Source of the DNA: Candidatus Woesearchaeota archaeon
GTDB taxonomy: Archaea > Nanobdellota > Nanobdellia > Woesearchaeales > JABGXB01
Direction of reading: 5' to 3'
NCBI GenBank assembly: GCA_018675975.1
Contig: JABGXB010000003.1
Coordinates: 267,821 to 331,820, forward strand
DNA: 64,000 nucleotides
In this document: positions 19,403 to 31,066 of the stretch, piece by piece
Layout: each line of letters starts with the position of its first letter
How positions within the stretch are numbered: the stretch's first letter is position 1
Position numbers and translations under genes: made by a program
Notes under the pieces: generated by a model
Seen by the model: the letters and a program-made list of their open reading frames with translations, nothing else
Told to the model about the DNA's origin: nothing
Databases searched by the model: none

Positions 19403-21691
19403 TTATCCAAAATAACTTTTAATATTATTTTTTATTTCTCTTGCATTAGAAAATTTAAATTTATCTTTAATTTCCTCATATGCTTTTTCAATTTCATCAT
19501 TACTACTAGGTCCAACCCTTTTTAATGCATCATTAAAATCATCCATTGTTACAGATTCCGAATCCATATTTTTTCTCAATGCACTAATTCCAGACTCCCT
19601 ACATAAACTTTGTAAATCTGCACCAACATAATATTCTGTTTCTGTTGCTATAAATTCTAAATCTACATCTTCAGATAATTTCATATTTTTTGTATGAACT
19701 TTTAAAATATTTAATCTTGCTTCATAATCAGGCGTCCCAACTAAAATAATTCTATCAAATCTTCCTGGACGTAATAAACCATTATCAATTATATCTGGTC
19801 TATTAGTTGCAGCAATAATCACAACATCATGTAATTCTTCTAAACCATCCATTTCAGTAAGTAAAGTATTTACAATTCTTTCTGTAACTTTTGAATCTGT
19901 TGTATTTGTTCTTTTTGGTGCAATTGCATCAATTTCATCAAAAAATAAAATACTCGGACTTGTTTCACGTGCCTTATTAAATAATTTTTTAATAGTTTTT
20001 TCAGACTCACCAACCCATTTACTAATTACATCACTACCTTTAACTAAAATAAAATTAGCTTTTGATTCATTAGCAACTGCTTTAGCAAGTAATGTTTTTC
20101 CAGTACCTGGAGATCCATAAAGTAAAATACCTCTTGGTGGATTAATTCCAATTCGTGAAAAACTTTTTGGATGTTTTAATGGCCATTCAACTGCTTCTTT
20201 CAAATCGTTTTTAACATCATTTAAACCACCAATATTTTCCCAACTAACTTTTGGAACTTCAATAAATATTTCTCTAAGTGCACTAGGTCTAACAACTTTT
20301 AATGCATCTTTTAAATCATCTTCACTAACAACTAATTTTTTTAATACACTTTCAGAAATTGGTTCATCTTCATTTAATTTAATTTCAGGAAGTAAACGCC
20401 TCAAAACAATCATTGCTGATTCTTTTACTAAACTACTCAAATCAGCACCAGTAAAACCATAAGTTTGATCTGCAATTGTTTTTAATATATCAGGATTTGT
20501 AAGTGGCATATTTCTTGTATGAATTTTTAAAATATGTAATCTACTATTTGCATTTGGTGCACCTATATGAATTTCACGATCAAATCTTCCAGGCCGTCTC
20601 AATGCAGGATCTAAAGAATTAACTAAATTACTTGCAGCAACTACAATAACTTTGCCTCTTTTATTTAATCCATCCATTAATGTTAATAATTGAGCTACTA
20701 CTCTTCTTTCAACTTCACCTTTACTTTCTTCTCTTTTAGTTGCAATTGCATCAATTTCATCAATAAAAATAATACTTGGGGCATTTTTTTCTGCTTCTTC
20801 AAAAATCCCTCTTAGATTTTTTTCACTTTCCCCATAAAACTTTGACATTATTTCTGGACCATTAATTAAATAAAAACTAGCATTTGTTTCAGCTGCAACA
20901 GCTCTTGCAAGTAATGTTTTACCAGTTCCAGGAGGACCATGTAATAAAACTGCTTTTGGTGCTTCAATACCTAAATGATCAAATAATTCAGGATGTTTTA
21001 GAGGAACTTCAACCATTTCTCTAATTTTTTTAACTTCATCTTCTAAGCCACCAATATCTTCATAACTAATATCATGAATATGTGAACTATCTTCAACTTC
21101 ATCAACACCTTGTGATTGAAATTCTATTATAGTATCATTTGTAATTATAACTGGCTTATTATTAGGTTTTGTAGATATAATAAAATATTTCATATCTGAA
21201 TGAAATAAAAATTTATTTTGCATATCATCAATCAATCTATAAATTTCATTATAATGTGGACTACCTGATAATGTTTTTCTTCTTCTTTTACTCCCACCAA
21301 TACTTACAACATCACCTTTGTAAATTGGTCTACCCAAAAGACCTTGTTTAAATAAATTTGCGGGAGCATCAATAATAATATTTTTTCTTGCAGGGGCAAT
21401 TACAACTTTTTCAGCAGATTTAACATCAGCCTTTCTAACTTTTACACTTTCACCTAAACTAGTTCTTGCATTACGCCTTACAATACCATCAATTCTAATT
21501 ACAGGCCTACCTATGTCCCCAGGATATGCCCTATCAACAATAGCAACTGTTTTTCTCGTACCCTCAATTTCAACAATATCGCCAACTTCAATATCAATTT
21601 GTTTCATTAAATTATAATCTATTCTAACTATACCCTTATTAACATCATCTTCAATTGATGCAATTACATCCAACTGTATTTCTTTTGACAT
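19403..21691 (-). CDS. cdc48: Cdc48/VAT AAA+ ATPase
   Basis: Two AAA modules (GPPGTGKT and GSPGTGKT, each with a DEID Walker B) plus a VAT-N-like N-domain. Confidence 0.9.
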   Translation of the reverse strand: MSKEIQLDVIASIEDDVNKGIVRIDYNLMKQIDIEVGDIVEIEGTRKTVAIVDRAYPGDIGRPVIRIDGIVRRNARTSLGESVKVRKADVKSAEKVVIAPARKNIIIDAPANLFKQGLLGRPIYKGDVVSIGGSKRRRKTLSGSPHYNEIYRLIDDMQNKFLFHSDMKYFIISTKPNNKPVIITNDTIIEFQSQGVDEVEDSSHIHDISYEDIGGLEDEVKKIREMVEVPLKHPELFDHLGIEAPKAVLLHGPPGTGKTLLARAVAAETNASFYLINGPEIMSKFYGESEKNLRGIFEEAEKNAPSIIFIDEIDAIATKREESKGEVERRVVAQLLTLMDGLNKRGKVIVVAASNLVNSLDPALRRPGRFDREIHIGAPNANSRLHILKIHTRNMPLTNPDILKTIADQTYGFTGADLSSLVKESAMIVLRRLLPEIKLNEDEPISESVLKKLVVSEDDLKDALKVVRPSALREIFIEVPKVSWENIGGLNDVKNDLKEAVEWPLKHPKSFSRIGINPPRGILLYGSPGTGKTLLAKAVANESKANFILVKGSDVISKWVGESEKTIKKLFNKARETSPSILFFDEIDAIAPKRTNTTDSKVTERIVNTLLTEMDGLEELHDVVIIAATNRPDIIDNGLLRPGRFDRIILVGTPDYEARLNILKVHTKNMKLSEDVDLEFIATETEYYVGADLQSLCRESGISALRKNMDSESVTMDDFNDALKRVGPSSNDEIEKAYEEIKDKFKFSNAREIKNNIKSYFG

Positions 21692-21848
21692 TTTATTATT
21701 TTTTTAATTTATTTTGTTTCACTTCTTATTTATTTTAATAAATTATATATTAATATTAATTATTATACTATTAAAAAAAGAAATTAAATTATAATATATA
21801 TTAAATTGAAATGTGTATATTTCAAAACACACATTTAATTACCTAATA

Positions 21849-22304
21849 TTATTTTTTTGTTGATTTTGGACTCTCACTTGCCTTATCATCACTTTCTTCT
21901 GGTTTATTAAATTTTAACTTCGGCATATTGATAGGCGATGGTAATCCAACTTGTTCACTTAAAAAAATTGATTTAACTAAACTTTTACTATTAATTAAAT
22001 TATAATATTGTTCTCTTAATTCAAGAGGCATTTCTTTATTTTTTTTATATTCATCCGCAACTTCTTTTGAATTATCTATAATATCAATAAAATTTCCTTC
22101 TAATCTTATTTTCCCAATGGAAGGCTTATAAGAAATTGTATAAGAAAATTCCACTAATAAACCATTATTAGTTTGACCATGACCTTGAACATTTGCATAT
22201 TTTAAATCTTCAATTTTAATATCATGATTAATTGTAATTTTTCCTTTCGGACTACTAAGTCTTGTTGCATCAAATTTTGTAAAAGCGAATCCCATAAGTG
22301 CCAT
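21849..22304 (-). CDS. hypothetical protein
   Basis: 151 aa with an acidic/lysine-rich C-terminal tail. Confidence 0.35.
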   Translation of the reverse strand: MALMGFAFTKFDATRLSSPKGKITINHDIKIEDLKYANVQGHGQTNNGLLVEFSYTISYKPSIGKIRLEGNFIDIIDNSKEVADEYKKNKEMPLELREQYYNLINSKSLVKSIFLSEQVGLPSPINMPKLKFNKPEESDDKASESPKSTKK

Positions 22305-22531
22305 TTTTATTACCTATTTTTATTTTTTTGTTTTTTTAATATATATTTTTATAATTTTTTATTATAATTTTTTTCTATATATCATTTATTTTTAATTATA
22401 TATCATTATAATTATTTAATTCAATTTGGAAAGATTTAACCGACTTTAAAAATATTATGTATAATAAAAAATATAGATAATTTTCCTTAAAACTTATAAA
22501 AGATTCATTTTCACTCAAATTAGGTGTAAAA

Positions 22532-23188
22532 GTGAAATTAAATGAAGGAGATTTTGTAAAATTAAATTATACGGGTTATTTAAAATCTAATAATTTTTGT
22601 ATTGATACAACTATAGAAGAAATTGCAAAAAAGCAAAATATTTTTTCAAAGGAATTTAAATATGGACCAGTTACAGTATGTATTGGAAAAAATAATATTC
22701 TGAATGGAATTGATAAAAATTTAAGTGATAAAGATGAAAAAGAATCTTTTGAATTAGAATTGGAACCAAAAGAGGCTTTTGGAGAAAAAAATAATAATTT
22801 GGCATCAGTTCCATTTAATCAATTTAAGGCAAATAAAGTTAATGTACAAATTGGAGATCAAATTATGTATAATGAAAAACCTGCATTTGTTAAATTTGTA
22901 AATAATAGAATTGTTATGTTAGATTTTAACCATCCTTATGCTGGTGAAATTATAAATTATAAAATAGAATTATTAGGAAAAGTGGAAGATAAAAAAAATC
23001 AATTTATTGCCTTGGTTATTAATAGATTAAATTTTAATGAAGAAATGTTTAGTGTGGAATTAAATGATAATATTATTAATTTTACAATAAATGAAAAAGA
23101 ACTTCCAAAACAATTTCAAGATGAATTTGAAAAATACGTAAAAGAATCCATTGAAATTGAAAAAATAAATTATAGTTTTAAAAAATAA
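22532..23188 (+). CDS. FKBP-type peptidyl-prolyl cis-trans isomerase (long archaeal type)
   Basis: FKBP signature DFNHPYAGE with a flap insert and a C-terminal extension. Confidence 0.65.
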   Translation: MKLNEGDFVKLNYTGYLKSNNFCIDTTIEEIAKKQNIFSKEFKYGPVTVCIGKNNILNGIDKNLSDKDEKESFELELEPKEAFGEKNNNLASVPFNQFKANKVNVQIGDQIMYNEKPAFVKFVNNRIVMLDFNHPYAGEIINYKIELLGKVEDKKNQFIALVINRLNFNEEMFSVELNDNIINFTINEKELPKQFQDEFEKYVKESIEIEKINYSFKK

Positions 23189-23277
23189 TTATTTTTTAAC
23201 TATTTTTATTTTATTTATATTGTACACTTACAAAATATTTATTAATATGATAAAAACAAAATCTGTATTAAAAGAGG

Positions 23278-24441
23278 ATGGTAATGGATAGTTTTATTTC
23301 GTCGGCAAAAGCCCAGATTGAACAACAAGTAGAAGAAGATCAAAATCAGACTGAATTATTAAATAAATCAATTCAGACTGAACCTAAATATGATACTTCA
23401 ATTGATGATGAATTAGCTACAATTCTAAAAAGACAACAAGCTAAAATTAAAGTTGTTGGAATAGGTGGTGGTGGAAATAATACTATTAATAGAATTAGTG
23501 AAGTTGGTATTTATGGAATTCAAACTATTGCAATAAATACTGATGCTCAAGATTTATTATATACTACTGCAGAAAAAAAGATTTTAATTGGTAAAGAAAT
23601 TGCACGTGGTCTTGGTGCGGGTTCAGTTCCAAAAGTTGGTGAAGAAGCTGCACGTGAATCTGAAAACGAATTAAAAGAAATTACATCCGGATCAGATATG
23701 ATTTTTATTACATGTGGTATGGGTGGTGGTACTGGTACTGGTGCGGCACCTGTTATTGCAGAATTTGCTAAAAAAGCAGGAGCATTAACTGTTGGTGTTG
23801 TAACTGTTCCTTTTTTAATGGAAGGTTCAAGACGTCATGAAAATGCTATAATGGGCCTTGAAAAAATGGAACATTATGTTGATACTTTAATTGTTATTCC
23901 AAATAATAAATTATTAGAATTAGCTCCTGATTTACCTTTACAAACAGCATTTAAAGTTGCTGATGAAATTCTAACAAACTCAGTTAAAGGAATTGCTGAA
24001 TTAGTAACAAAAGCTGGTTTAGTTAATTTAGATTTTGCAGATATTCGAACAGTTATGGGTAATGGTGGTATTGCACTTATTGGTGTTGGAGAAAGTGATA
24101 ATGAAAACAGAGCTCAAGAAGCAGTAGATAAAGCAATAAATAATCCACTTTTAGATGTTGATATTAGTGGAGCAAGTGGTGCTTTAATTAATGTTAGCGG
24201 CGGTCCAGATATGACTTTAGATGAAGCTAGAAAAGTTGTTGAAACAATTTCACAAAAACTAGATGAAGATGCAAGAATTATTTGGGGAGCACAAATTAGT
24301 AAAGATTTAGAAAGTACATTAAGAGTAATGTTAATTGTAGTTGGTGTAAATAGTAGTCAAATATTTGGAAATAAAGTAAGAAAGTCAACAACTAAAAAAC
24401 ACGATATGGAAAAAGAATTAGGTATTGACTTTATTGAATAA
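23278..24441 (+). CDS. ftsZ: cell division GTPase FtsZ
   Basis: GGGGNN, NTDAQ and [11 protein letters not shown] tubulin/FtsZ motifs. An AGGAT-like RBS precedes the start. Confidence 0.9.
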   Translation: MVMDSFISSAKAQIEQQVEEDQNQTELLNKSIQTEPKYDTSIDDELATILKRQQAKIKVVGIGGGGNNTINRISEVGIYGIQTIAINTDAQDLLYTTAEKKILIGKEIARGLGAGSVPKVGEEAARESENELKEITSGSDMIFITCGMGGGTGTGAAPVIAEFAKKAGALTVGVVTVPFLMEGSRRHENAIMGLEKMEHYVDTLIVIPNNKLLELAPDLPLQTAFKVADEILTNSVKGIAELVTKAGLVNLDFADIRTVMGNGGIALIGVGESDNENRAQEAVDKAINNPLLDVDISGASGALINVSGGPDMTLDEARKVVETISQKLDEDARIIWGAQISKDLESTLRVMLIVVGVNSSQIFGNKVRKSTTKKHDMEKELGIDFIE

Positions 24442-24455
24442 AATTTATTTTTTTA

Positions 24456-25112
24456 TTAAATATTATTTTTAGAATTATTATAAATATATTTTGCAGCATC
24501 CAAAAAATCTTTTGCAATAAAAATATCTCCTTTTAATTGTTCAACTTTTTGTCTATCTCCTAGTTCTCTTGTTTTATAACTTTCAACTAAAATTCCAGTT
24601 CCTCCAATATTTAAACCCATTTGAACGTCAGAAAAACGATCCCCAATCATATAAATTTTACAATCTTCTTTTTTTACATTTAAATCAGTTAATGCTTTTT
24701 CAATCATACCAATATTTGGTTTTAAATCAAGACAGTTTTCTCTAATATATTTTTGATCTACTCTTCTTCCTTTTTCTAGTGCTTTTTTTACATAATTAGA
24801 ATCAACAAATGGACATGCATAATAATGATCAACTAAAGCTTCTTCATCTCTTAATTTATCTAAAATATATCTATTTACTTCATGCATTCTCTCAAAGGTT
24901 AAATTATCAAAATTTCCTCCTTCAAGTGCAACTCCAGATTGATTAGTTAAAATAAAAAACCGTGAATTTGGAATCTGATTAATTAATTTAATTCCATCCA
25001 CAACACCATCTAAAAAACTAACTTGTTCACGCCAATTAGAACTACTACCTAAATAAAAATTTTTATCTAAATTTATAGTCCCATCCCTATCAGAAAAAAC
25101 TAAAGTATACAT
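24456..25112 (-). CDS. HAD-IIIA phosphatase (GmhB/HisB-N-like)
   Basis: DRDGTIN, TNQSG, KPNIGM and GDRFSD motifs. Confidence 0.5.
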   Translation of the reverse strand: MYTLVFSDRDGTINLDKNFYLGSSSNWREQVSFLDGVVDGIKLINQIPNSRFFILTNQSGVALEGGNFDNLTFERMHEVNRYILDKLRDEEALVDHYYACPFVDSNYVKKALEKGRRVDQKYIRENCLDLKPNIGMIEKALTDLNVKKEDCKIYMIGDRFSDVQMGLNIGGTGILVESYKTRELGDRQKVEQLKGDIFIAKDFLDAAKYIYNNSKNNI

Positions 25113-25181
25113 AATTTCAAAAAAATTATTATATTTATAAAATTAATTAGAAAATAAAAATTTAAATAAAAAAAATAAAAA

Positions 25182-25856
25182 TTAATCTCGTCTTATTACA
25201 TTAATATCTTCTATTCTACGAGTCATTGGAATTGGAACTGCTGCATCCAGCAATTCAATTACAACTTCTTCTTTAAATAAATCTACTCTTGTAATTTTTG
25301 CTCTTTCCTTTTTGAAAGGACCAGCTATAATTTCTACTATATCTCCTTTTCTAATGTCAACTTCTTTTTTCTCAGTAGATATTAAATGTAAAACTTCTTT
25401 TTCAGAAATTGGTGTTGGCAATACATTTCTTGCATATGGTATTCTAAATGCAGCCTTATCAACTTCATATTTGTCAGAAGCTTCAATAAAAATAAAACTT
25501 TTAATTCCGTGTGGAATAATAATTGAAAAAATATTTAATTCTTTTCTCTTTGCATTTGCTGTTAAAAAATCAGCCACAGTTTCTTCTCTATTGGCAGTAC
25601 ATTTTAATGCAAAAATAGGATTATTAATTACATTTTCAACTTCTTTTGAATTGTTTTCATTATTTTGATTATTTGAATTATCTTTAGGTTCTTGATATAC
25701 TTCTTTACCTGCAAGTGGACCTTGAGGTTCACTTTTTTTTTCATTATTATTTTTAATTACTATAGTAGAAGACTTACCGTCACTATCTGCTTTATCTAAT
25801 TCATTAGATAAATCATCTACACTGAAATTTTCAAACTCATCATCATATCCTGACAT
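25182..25856 (-). CDS. spt5: transcription elongation factor Spt5 (NusG-like) with acidic N-terminal extension
   Basis: NGN-like middle region and KOW motif GDIVEIIAGPFKKERAKITRVD. About 80 acidic or N-rich residues precede the NGN domain. Confidence 0.6.
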   Translation of the reverse strand: MSGYDDEFENFSVDDLSNELDKADSDGKSSTIVIKNNNEKKSEPQGPLAGKEVYQEPKDNSNNQNNENNSKEVENVINNPIFALKCTANREETVADFLTANAKRKELNIFSIIIPHGIKSFIFIEASDKYEVDKAAFRIPYARNVLPTPISEKEVLHLISTEKKEVDIRKGDIVEIIAGPFKKERAKITRVDLFKEEVVIELLDAAVPIPMTRRIEDINVIRRD

Positions 25857-25933
25857 TTTAAATCCTCTTAAGTCTAGTTTAAAGATTACCTAACTAGAAA
25901 TATAATAATAGGTATAGCTCATTCTTTATAAAT

Positions 25934-26161
25934 TTAATTCTTACTTACTTTTATTATATTAACTGGACATGATAATTCAGCATTTTTTGCTGATTCATAT
26001 TCATCTTCAGTTTCAACCTTATTAAAAAAATCTTTATTTTGTTTAGAATCAATTAAATTGCTTTTCCCATCCTTTTCATCAATAATAAACAAATTAGGAG
26101 CTTCTTCAACACATGCATTACAACCTATGCATTTTCGTCTTAAATGATTTATATTAATCAA
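25934..26161 (-). CDS. small ferredoxin-like protein
   Basis: CIGCNAC...CP cysteine pattern in a 75 aa ORF. Confidence 0.45.
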   Translation of the reverse strand: MININHLRRKCIGCNACVEEAPNLFIIDEKDGKSNLIDSKQNKDFFNKVETEDEYESAKNAELSCPVNIIKVSKN

Positions 26162-27395
26162 TATTTATCACCTTGAATAATTTATCATTTGGTCTAATTA
26201 TTTCATTTATATGTGTAGTAAAAACATCTCCTTTATTTACAATATCAACAAATTTTTCATTTAACATTAATTCATTAACTTTATTTTCAATAACGCCAGT
26301 GGTCTGACCAGTTATCATAATATTATCATCTTTACTAATTGAATCAGAATGAATTTTAAATTCAGCTATATTGGTTTTTTTAAAATAATTTGTACAGATA
26401 CCGATTAATATTTTTTTTTTTGTCGCAATACTGCCTCTTTGATTATGCCATTGACCTAAATGACGTCCAAGATAATAACCATCCCAAAATCCTCTATTAT
26501 AAACACCAGATAATCTTTTTTTCCAATTATCTATTTTTTCTATATTAAATGTCCCATCCAATATAGAATTTAAAGCTTCTTTATAACATTCAGTTGTAAC
26601 TTTTACATAGTCTGCTGATTTTCCCCTGCCCTCTATTTTTAAAACAGTTACACCAGCATTAATTATTTTATCTAAAAAATCAATTGTACACAAATCTTTT
26701 GGAGACATTATATATTCATTATCAATTTTTAATTCATTTCCTTCTTCATCTTTAACAGTATATGTACGACGACAATTTTGTTTACAAGCACCACGATTAG
26801 CAGAAGAATTTGCAGTATGTAGACTTAAATAACATTTACCACTAACTGCCATACATAATGCACCATGAACAAAAATTTCAATTCCAACTAAATTTCCATT
26901 TGGCCCACATATATTTTCTTTTTTTATTAAATCACATATTTCTTTTACTTGTTTTATAGTACATTCTCTTGAAAGTACAATTACATCAGCAAATTTTGAA
27001 AAAAATTTAACTGTTTCAAAATTAGTAACATTTGCTTGAGTAGAAATATGTACAGATAATCCAATTTCATTTGCATAATTGATTACAGCTAAATCTGAAG
27101 CAATAACAGAATCAATCCCACTATTTTTTGCACAACTTACAATTTCTTTCATTAAAACTATATCGTGACTATATACTATTGTATTTAGAGTTAAATAGGT
27201 TTTTACATTTTTTATTTTACATTGTTGAGCAATTTTTTTTAAATCTTCAATAGTAAAATTAATTGAACTTCTAGCTCTCATATTTAACTGTTCAATTCCA
27301 AAATAAATTGAATCAGCACCTGCATTTAATGCAGCATTTAAATTCTCCCAACTCCCAACTGGAGCCATAATTTCATATTTCATATTATATTGCAA
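26154..27395 (-). CDS. peptidase U32 family protein
   Basis: U32 N-terminal signature EIMAPVGSWENLNAALNAGADSIYFG. Confidence 0.7.
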   Translation of the reverse strand: MQYNMKYEIMAPVGSWENLNAALNAGADSIYFGIEQLNMRARSSINFTIEDLKKIAQQCKIKNVKTYLTLNTIVYSHDIVLMKEIVSCAKNSGIDSVIASDLAVINYANEIGLSVHISTQANVTNFETVKFFSKFADVIVLSRECTIKQVKEICDLIKKENICGPNGNLVGIEIFVHGALCMAVSGKCYLSLHTANSSANRGACKQNCRRTYTVKDEEGNELKIDNEYIMSPKDLCTIDFLDKIINAGVTVLKIEGRGKSADYVKVTTECYKEALNSILDGTFNIEKIDNWKKRLSGVYNRGFWDGYYLGRHLGQWHNQRGSIATKKKILIGICTNYFKKTNIAEFKIHSDSISKDDNIMITGQTTGVIENKVNELMLNEKFVDIVNKGDVFTTHINEIIRPNDKLFKVINID

Positions 27396-27425
27396 AAATA
27401 GTTTATTATAAAATTAGTGTTTTAA

Positions 27426-27707
27426 TTAATTTTGTCCAAGACCAAAATTCTCTAAAAAACTTAAAACAACTTTATATTCAGTTAAATATTTATATCCCTT
27501 ATCTGTTAAAATATAGTTTTTACCACGTTTTTGAAATTCTTCTGATATAAATCCCTTAGACATTAATTCATTCAAATATTCTTTCATCATCGTATGACTT
27601 AAATTACTTTTATACATTAAATGAGTAGGCTTAATTTTTCCACCCTTATCCATGATGGATTTTAATATATCAAAGATTACTTGTAACTTTTCTCTCTTCT
27701 TACTCAT
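27426..27707 (-). CDS. small winged-helix DNA-binding protein
   Basis: 93 aa; wHTH-like (PTHLMYKSNLSHTMMKEYLNELMSKGFIS). Confidence 0.4.
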   Translation of the reverse strand: MSKKREKLQVIFDILKSIMDKGGKIKPTHLMYKSNLSHTMMKEYLNELMSKGFISEEFQKRGKNYILTDKGYKYLTEYKVVLSFLENFGLGQN

Positions 27708-28001
27708 ATTTTAACACGTTTTTCTTTCTTTTTAAATATTTATATTATAATTTTATACAATAGTGGCAAAATATTAAATATAATCTCTGATATTACCCAA
27801 ATTCTTAATCATTTCTAATAAAAAATAAAAGAAAAAAAAAGAAAGAGAGAAAAGGGTTTTTTTTGGAGGCTTAAGATATTTAAAATCTTAATATTAAGTA
27901 ATATATTATAATTTATAAAAGCTATAAAGAAAACATAGTTAATAAAAAACTAGACAAATATTGCATAAAGCTTAAAAATAAAAATCGAAAAATCAGTATA
28001 A

Positions 28002-28658
28002 ATGGTATATACTAGTTTAGGTCCTGCTTGGTTTGAAACATATGGAATTATATTTGAAATCATATTTATTCTAATTACAGGTTTAATTGCTTTAAGATCA
28101 TATCGAGCATATAAATTAATTAAAAAGAAAGAATTATTAACATTTACATTATCATTTGGACTTTTTTGTTTAGCATTTTTTACACAATTTATAATTAATT
28201 TATTAATTGTATTAAATAAACAATCAAAAGATCATTTACTTTCTCCATTAAATACTTTAAATACAGTAATTACATCGAATTTTCAATTAAGTAGCATGTG
28301 TTATTTTTTCTTTTCATTATTTACAATATGTGGTTTATTATTATTCATATATTTAACATTTGAAATTAGAAATAGAAGATTATTATTACTATTATTTGTA
28401 TTAGTAGTATTAGCACAAATAACTGCAATAAATAAAATTGTTTTATTTTATGTATTCTCCACAATTTTTTATGGATTTATAGTTGAATTTTATTATAGAA
28501 AAAAAATAAAAGTTGCATTTTTAGGTTTTGTATTTTTATTAATTAGCAATATATCATTTTTATTTATACCACTTAGTGAATTTGCATTTGTAATTGGAAA
28601 TTTTTTAACACTAGTTGGTTATTTAATTCTAGCAAAATTATTGAAAAAAAATAATTAA
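28002..28658 (+). CDS. hypothetical polytopic membrane protein
   Basis: About six hydrophobic helices, no motif. Confidence 0.4.
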   Translation: MVYTSLGPAWFETYGIIFEIIFILITGLIALRSYRAYKLIKKKELLTFTLSFGLFCLAFFTQFIINLLIVLNKQSKDHLLSPLNTLNTVITSNFQLSSMCYFFFSLFTICGLLLFIYLTFEIRNRRLLLLLFVLVVLAQITAINKIVLFYVFSTIFYGFIVEFYYRKKIKVAFLGFVFLLISNISFLFIPLSEFAFVIGNFLTLVGYLILAKLLKKNN

Positions 28659-28736
28659 TAATTATAGTATATGATTTTATCTATATAATTTATTACATAA
28701 AATAACTTTATATAATAATTAACCAAAATAAATAGT

Positions 28737-29189
28737 ATGGATGAAAATATAATTAAACAAAGAATAATTCAACATACCTTATCACACGCTGATGAATATA
28801 GAGGTTATTTAACTCATTCAGGATTATTTCATTTAACAAATAATTTAGAATTAATTGGAAAATATCCTAGTGGAAGATTATTTCAAGGATTTTTAGTTGA
28901 TATTCTTGCTAATGAAATTAAACCTATATCTAATACAAACAAATCTCCTTTTTTGTCTTATCAAGTTAAAAAATTAAAACCAAATAATTTTGAATCTTTA
29001 ATTCTATCAGGAAAATATACTTTATCATATGACCCTGAAAAAAAAATGGTTTATTTAAAATCTAGAGAAATTGAAAAAGTAGAAAATATGAATGCATTAA
29101 GAAATGAAGAATTTTATAGATTATCTGCAGGAATGATGGGTTATAAAAATGACATTAATCCAATGATTAAAATATTATTTGAAGAATAA
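28737..29189 (+). CDS. hypothetical protein
   Basis: 150 aa, no motif. Confidence 0.35.
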   Translation: MDENIIKQRIIQHTLSHADEYRGYLTHSGLFHLTNNLELIGKYPSGRLFQGFLVDILANEIKPISNTNKSPFLSYQVKKLKPNNFESLILSGKYTLSYDPEKKMVYLKSREIEKVENMNALRNEEFYRLSAGMMGYKNDINPMIKILFEE

Positions 29190-29273
29190 AAAATTAAATT
29201 TAAAATATAGATTTTAAAATTACAAAATACTTATAATAAATTTGAACTCATTTAAAATAAAAAAGGTGTATAT

Positions 29274-31034
29274 ATGAATTATCAAATGAAGAATTTTTCC
29301 ACTGAGCAAACTGAATTATTAAGATCATTTCTTTTTACAGCTCCACATAGTAATGTAAGTTTAATTTATCCACAACAATTAGTTGCAGGTGAAGAACTAG
29401 CCCCATTAATTTCAGCATATTCAAGAAGCAATCAACCACTTCAAGAAAGAGTATTAGAATTTGTTGATAAACAAAAAAATACAGAAGCTAAAGCACTATT
29501 ACCACATTTACCAGAATTAATGAAAACATTTAGAAATGAAGATGGTTCATTAAAAATTAGTAAAAAAACAAGAAACTTTTCTAAAAAATGGGTTCTTGCG
29601 CACGGTCACAGTTCAATAAAAGAAATGAATTCTATTTTTGGATGTGTTGAAGGAATTTCAGACATTTGTGGAAAATTAATTACTGGACATCCTTTAGCCC
29701 ACCCTCAAGTTAAGTCATCAAGATATATTTCTTTTGAAGATACATTAGATATGGCATTAGTAGATCCAGACATTCAAAACTTATCTTGTTCAAATGAAAT
29801 TATAGAACATTTAAAAGAATTAAATACAGAATATCTTAATGCAACTAAATATTTAGCAAATGCAGTATTTAAATCTGAAGAAACTGATCAAATAAGAGAA
29901 TTTTTAACTCGAGACTCAGTATTAGATATGCATGGTGAAAAATTATTTAATCGTGCTAAAAAAAAAGATCCAGAATTAGTAAAAACTGACACATTAATAG
30001 AAGAATTAAAATCACAGGCTTATGAAAATATAAATAGTGATGAGTATGTAATGGGACAACTTGAAAAATTTGTTCTTGATAGAAGTAGAGTATATTTACC
30101 TGGTTCAACTAGAACAAGTTTAGGTTTTATGATTGATGGTAGAACATGTGAAGAAATCATTACAACATTATTAACTAGTCCTTTAATAGAAGCCCAAAGT
30201 TTTGGTAATCAAATTTGGACTGAAACAAAAAAAATCTCACCTGTTTTATTAGGAGATCAATCCCATATTAAAAAAGATGAATGGAAATATGAGTTAGATA
30301 CGGACTTTAGAAAAGAATTAGCTACACGATTAGATTATATTGTCATGCACTCTGAACAAAAATTTGGAAGAGTTTATTCACCAAGCTTTGTACATTCAAG
30401 AGGAGAAGATACAAGATCTGCAGTTATGGCTGCATATAAATATAGTGATTTTTCTTTTGATGATTTAATAGAACAATTAAAAGAAAAAGATGTTAAATGG
30501 ATTTTAGATAGAACTCACGAACATAGAAATAAATTTGATCAATTACATGAAAGTGGTGGTCATGGTGGTATGCTTACTGAAATGACTATGCCATATCATG
30601 GTTATAGAGATATGTTTAGACATAGAAAAGGAGCAAGATCTAATCAATTATATACAACAGTTCACGGTTTTGAAAATGTTGAAATTTTTAATCATTTTGA
30701 TATAAATTCAAGATATGAATTATTAATGAATAAAAATAATGAATTATTTAGAAAAGCAGCAAAAGAAAATCCCCATGCTGCACAAAAAGTTGTTGCCTTT
30801 GGTCAATTATGTAGAGCAGCACACAGTTGGTCATTAGAACAAATTGGATATATTGCAAGAATAAGAGCGAATATTGAAACCGGAAATATTAGTTATGTAA
30901 AAACTGTTCATCAAATTGTAGATGGTGTAAAAAGATTATCACCACAATTAGCATCAAAAATAAATTATAATCAAGAAATGTTTCCAGAACATATTTGGAA
31001 AGAAGGTTATGATTTATTTAGAAGTAAAAAATAA
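29274..31034 (+). CDS. tandem ThyX-like (flavin-dependent thymidylate synthase family) protein, N-terminal copy degenerate
   Basis: Residues ~115-160, HGHSSIKEMNSIFGCVEGISDICGKLITGHPLAHPQVKSSRY, align to the ThyX core HGHETPFEH...WFRHRIASYNELSGRY with RHR replaced by TGH. A C-terminal segment, GHGGMLTEMTMPYHGYRDMFRHRKGARSNQLY, retains RHR. Confidence 0.45.
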   Translation: MNYQMKNFSTEQTELLRSFLFTAPHSNVSLIYPQQLVAGEELAPLISAYSRSNQPLQERVLEFVDKQKNTEAKALLPHLPELMKTFRNEDGSLKISKKTRNFSKKWVLAHGHSSIKEMNSIFGCVEGISDICGKLITGHPLAHPQVKSSRYISFEDTLDMALVDPDIQNLSCSNEIIEHLKELNTEYLNATKYLANAVFKSEETDQIREFLTRDSVLDMHGEKLFNRAKKKDPELVKTDTLIEELKSQAYENINSDEYVMGQLEKFVLDRSRVYLPGSTRTSLGFMIDGRTCEEIITTLLTSPLIEAQSFGNQIWTETKKISPVLLGDQSHIKKDEWKYELDTDFRKELATRLDYIVMHSEQKFGRVYSPSFVHSRGEDTRSAVMAAYKYSDFSFDDLIEQLKEKDVKWILDRTHEHRNKFDQLHESGGHGGMLTEMTMPYHGYRDMFRHRKGARSNQLYTTVHGFENVEIFNHFDINSRYELLMNKNNELFRKAAKENPHAAQKVVAFGQLCRAAHSWSLEQIGYIARIRANIETGNISYVKTVHQIVDGVKRLSPQLASKINYNQEMFPEHIWKEGYDLFRSKK

Positions 31035-31066
31035 AAAAAAAAGAATAATAAAAAAGAGGTTAGTAA

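Noticed and set aside
25312-25668. 118-aa plus-strand ORF
   Set aside because: It is antisense to and fully inside spt5, whose KOW motif is unambiguous on the minus strand.
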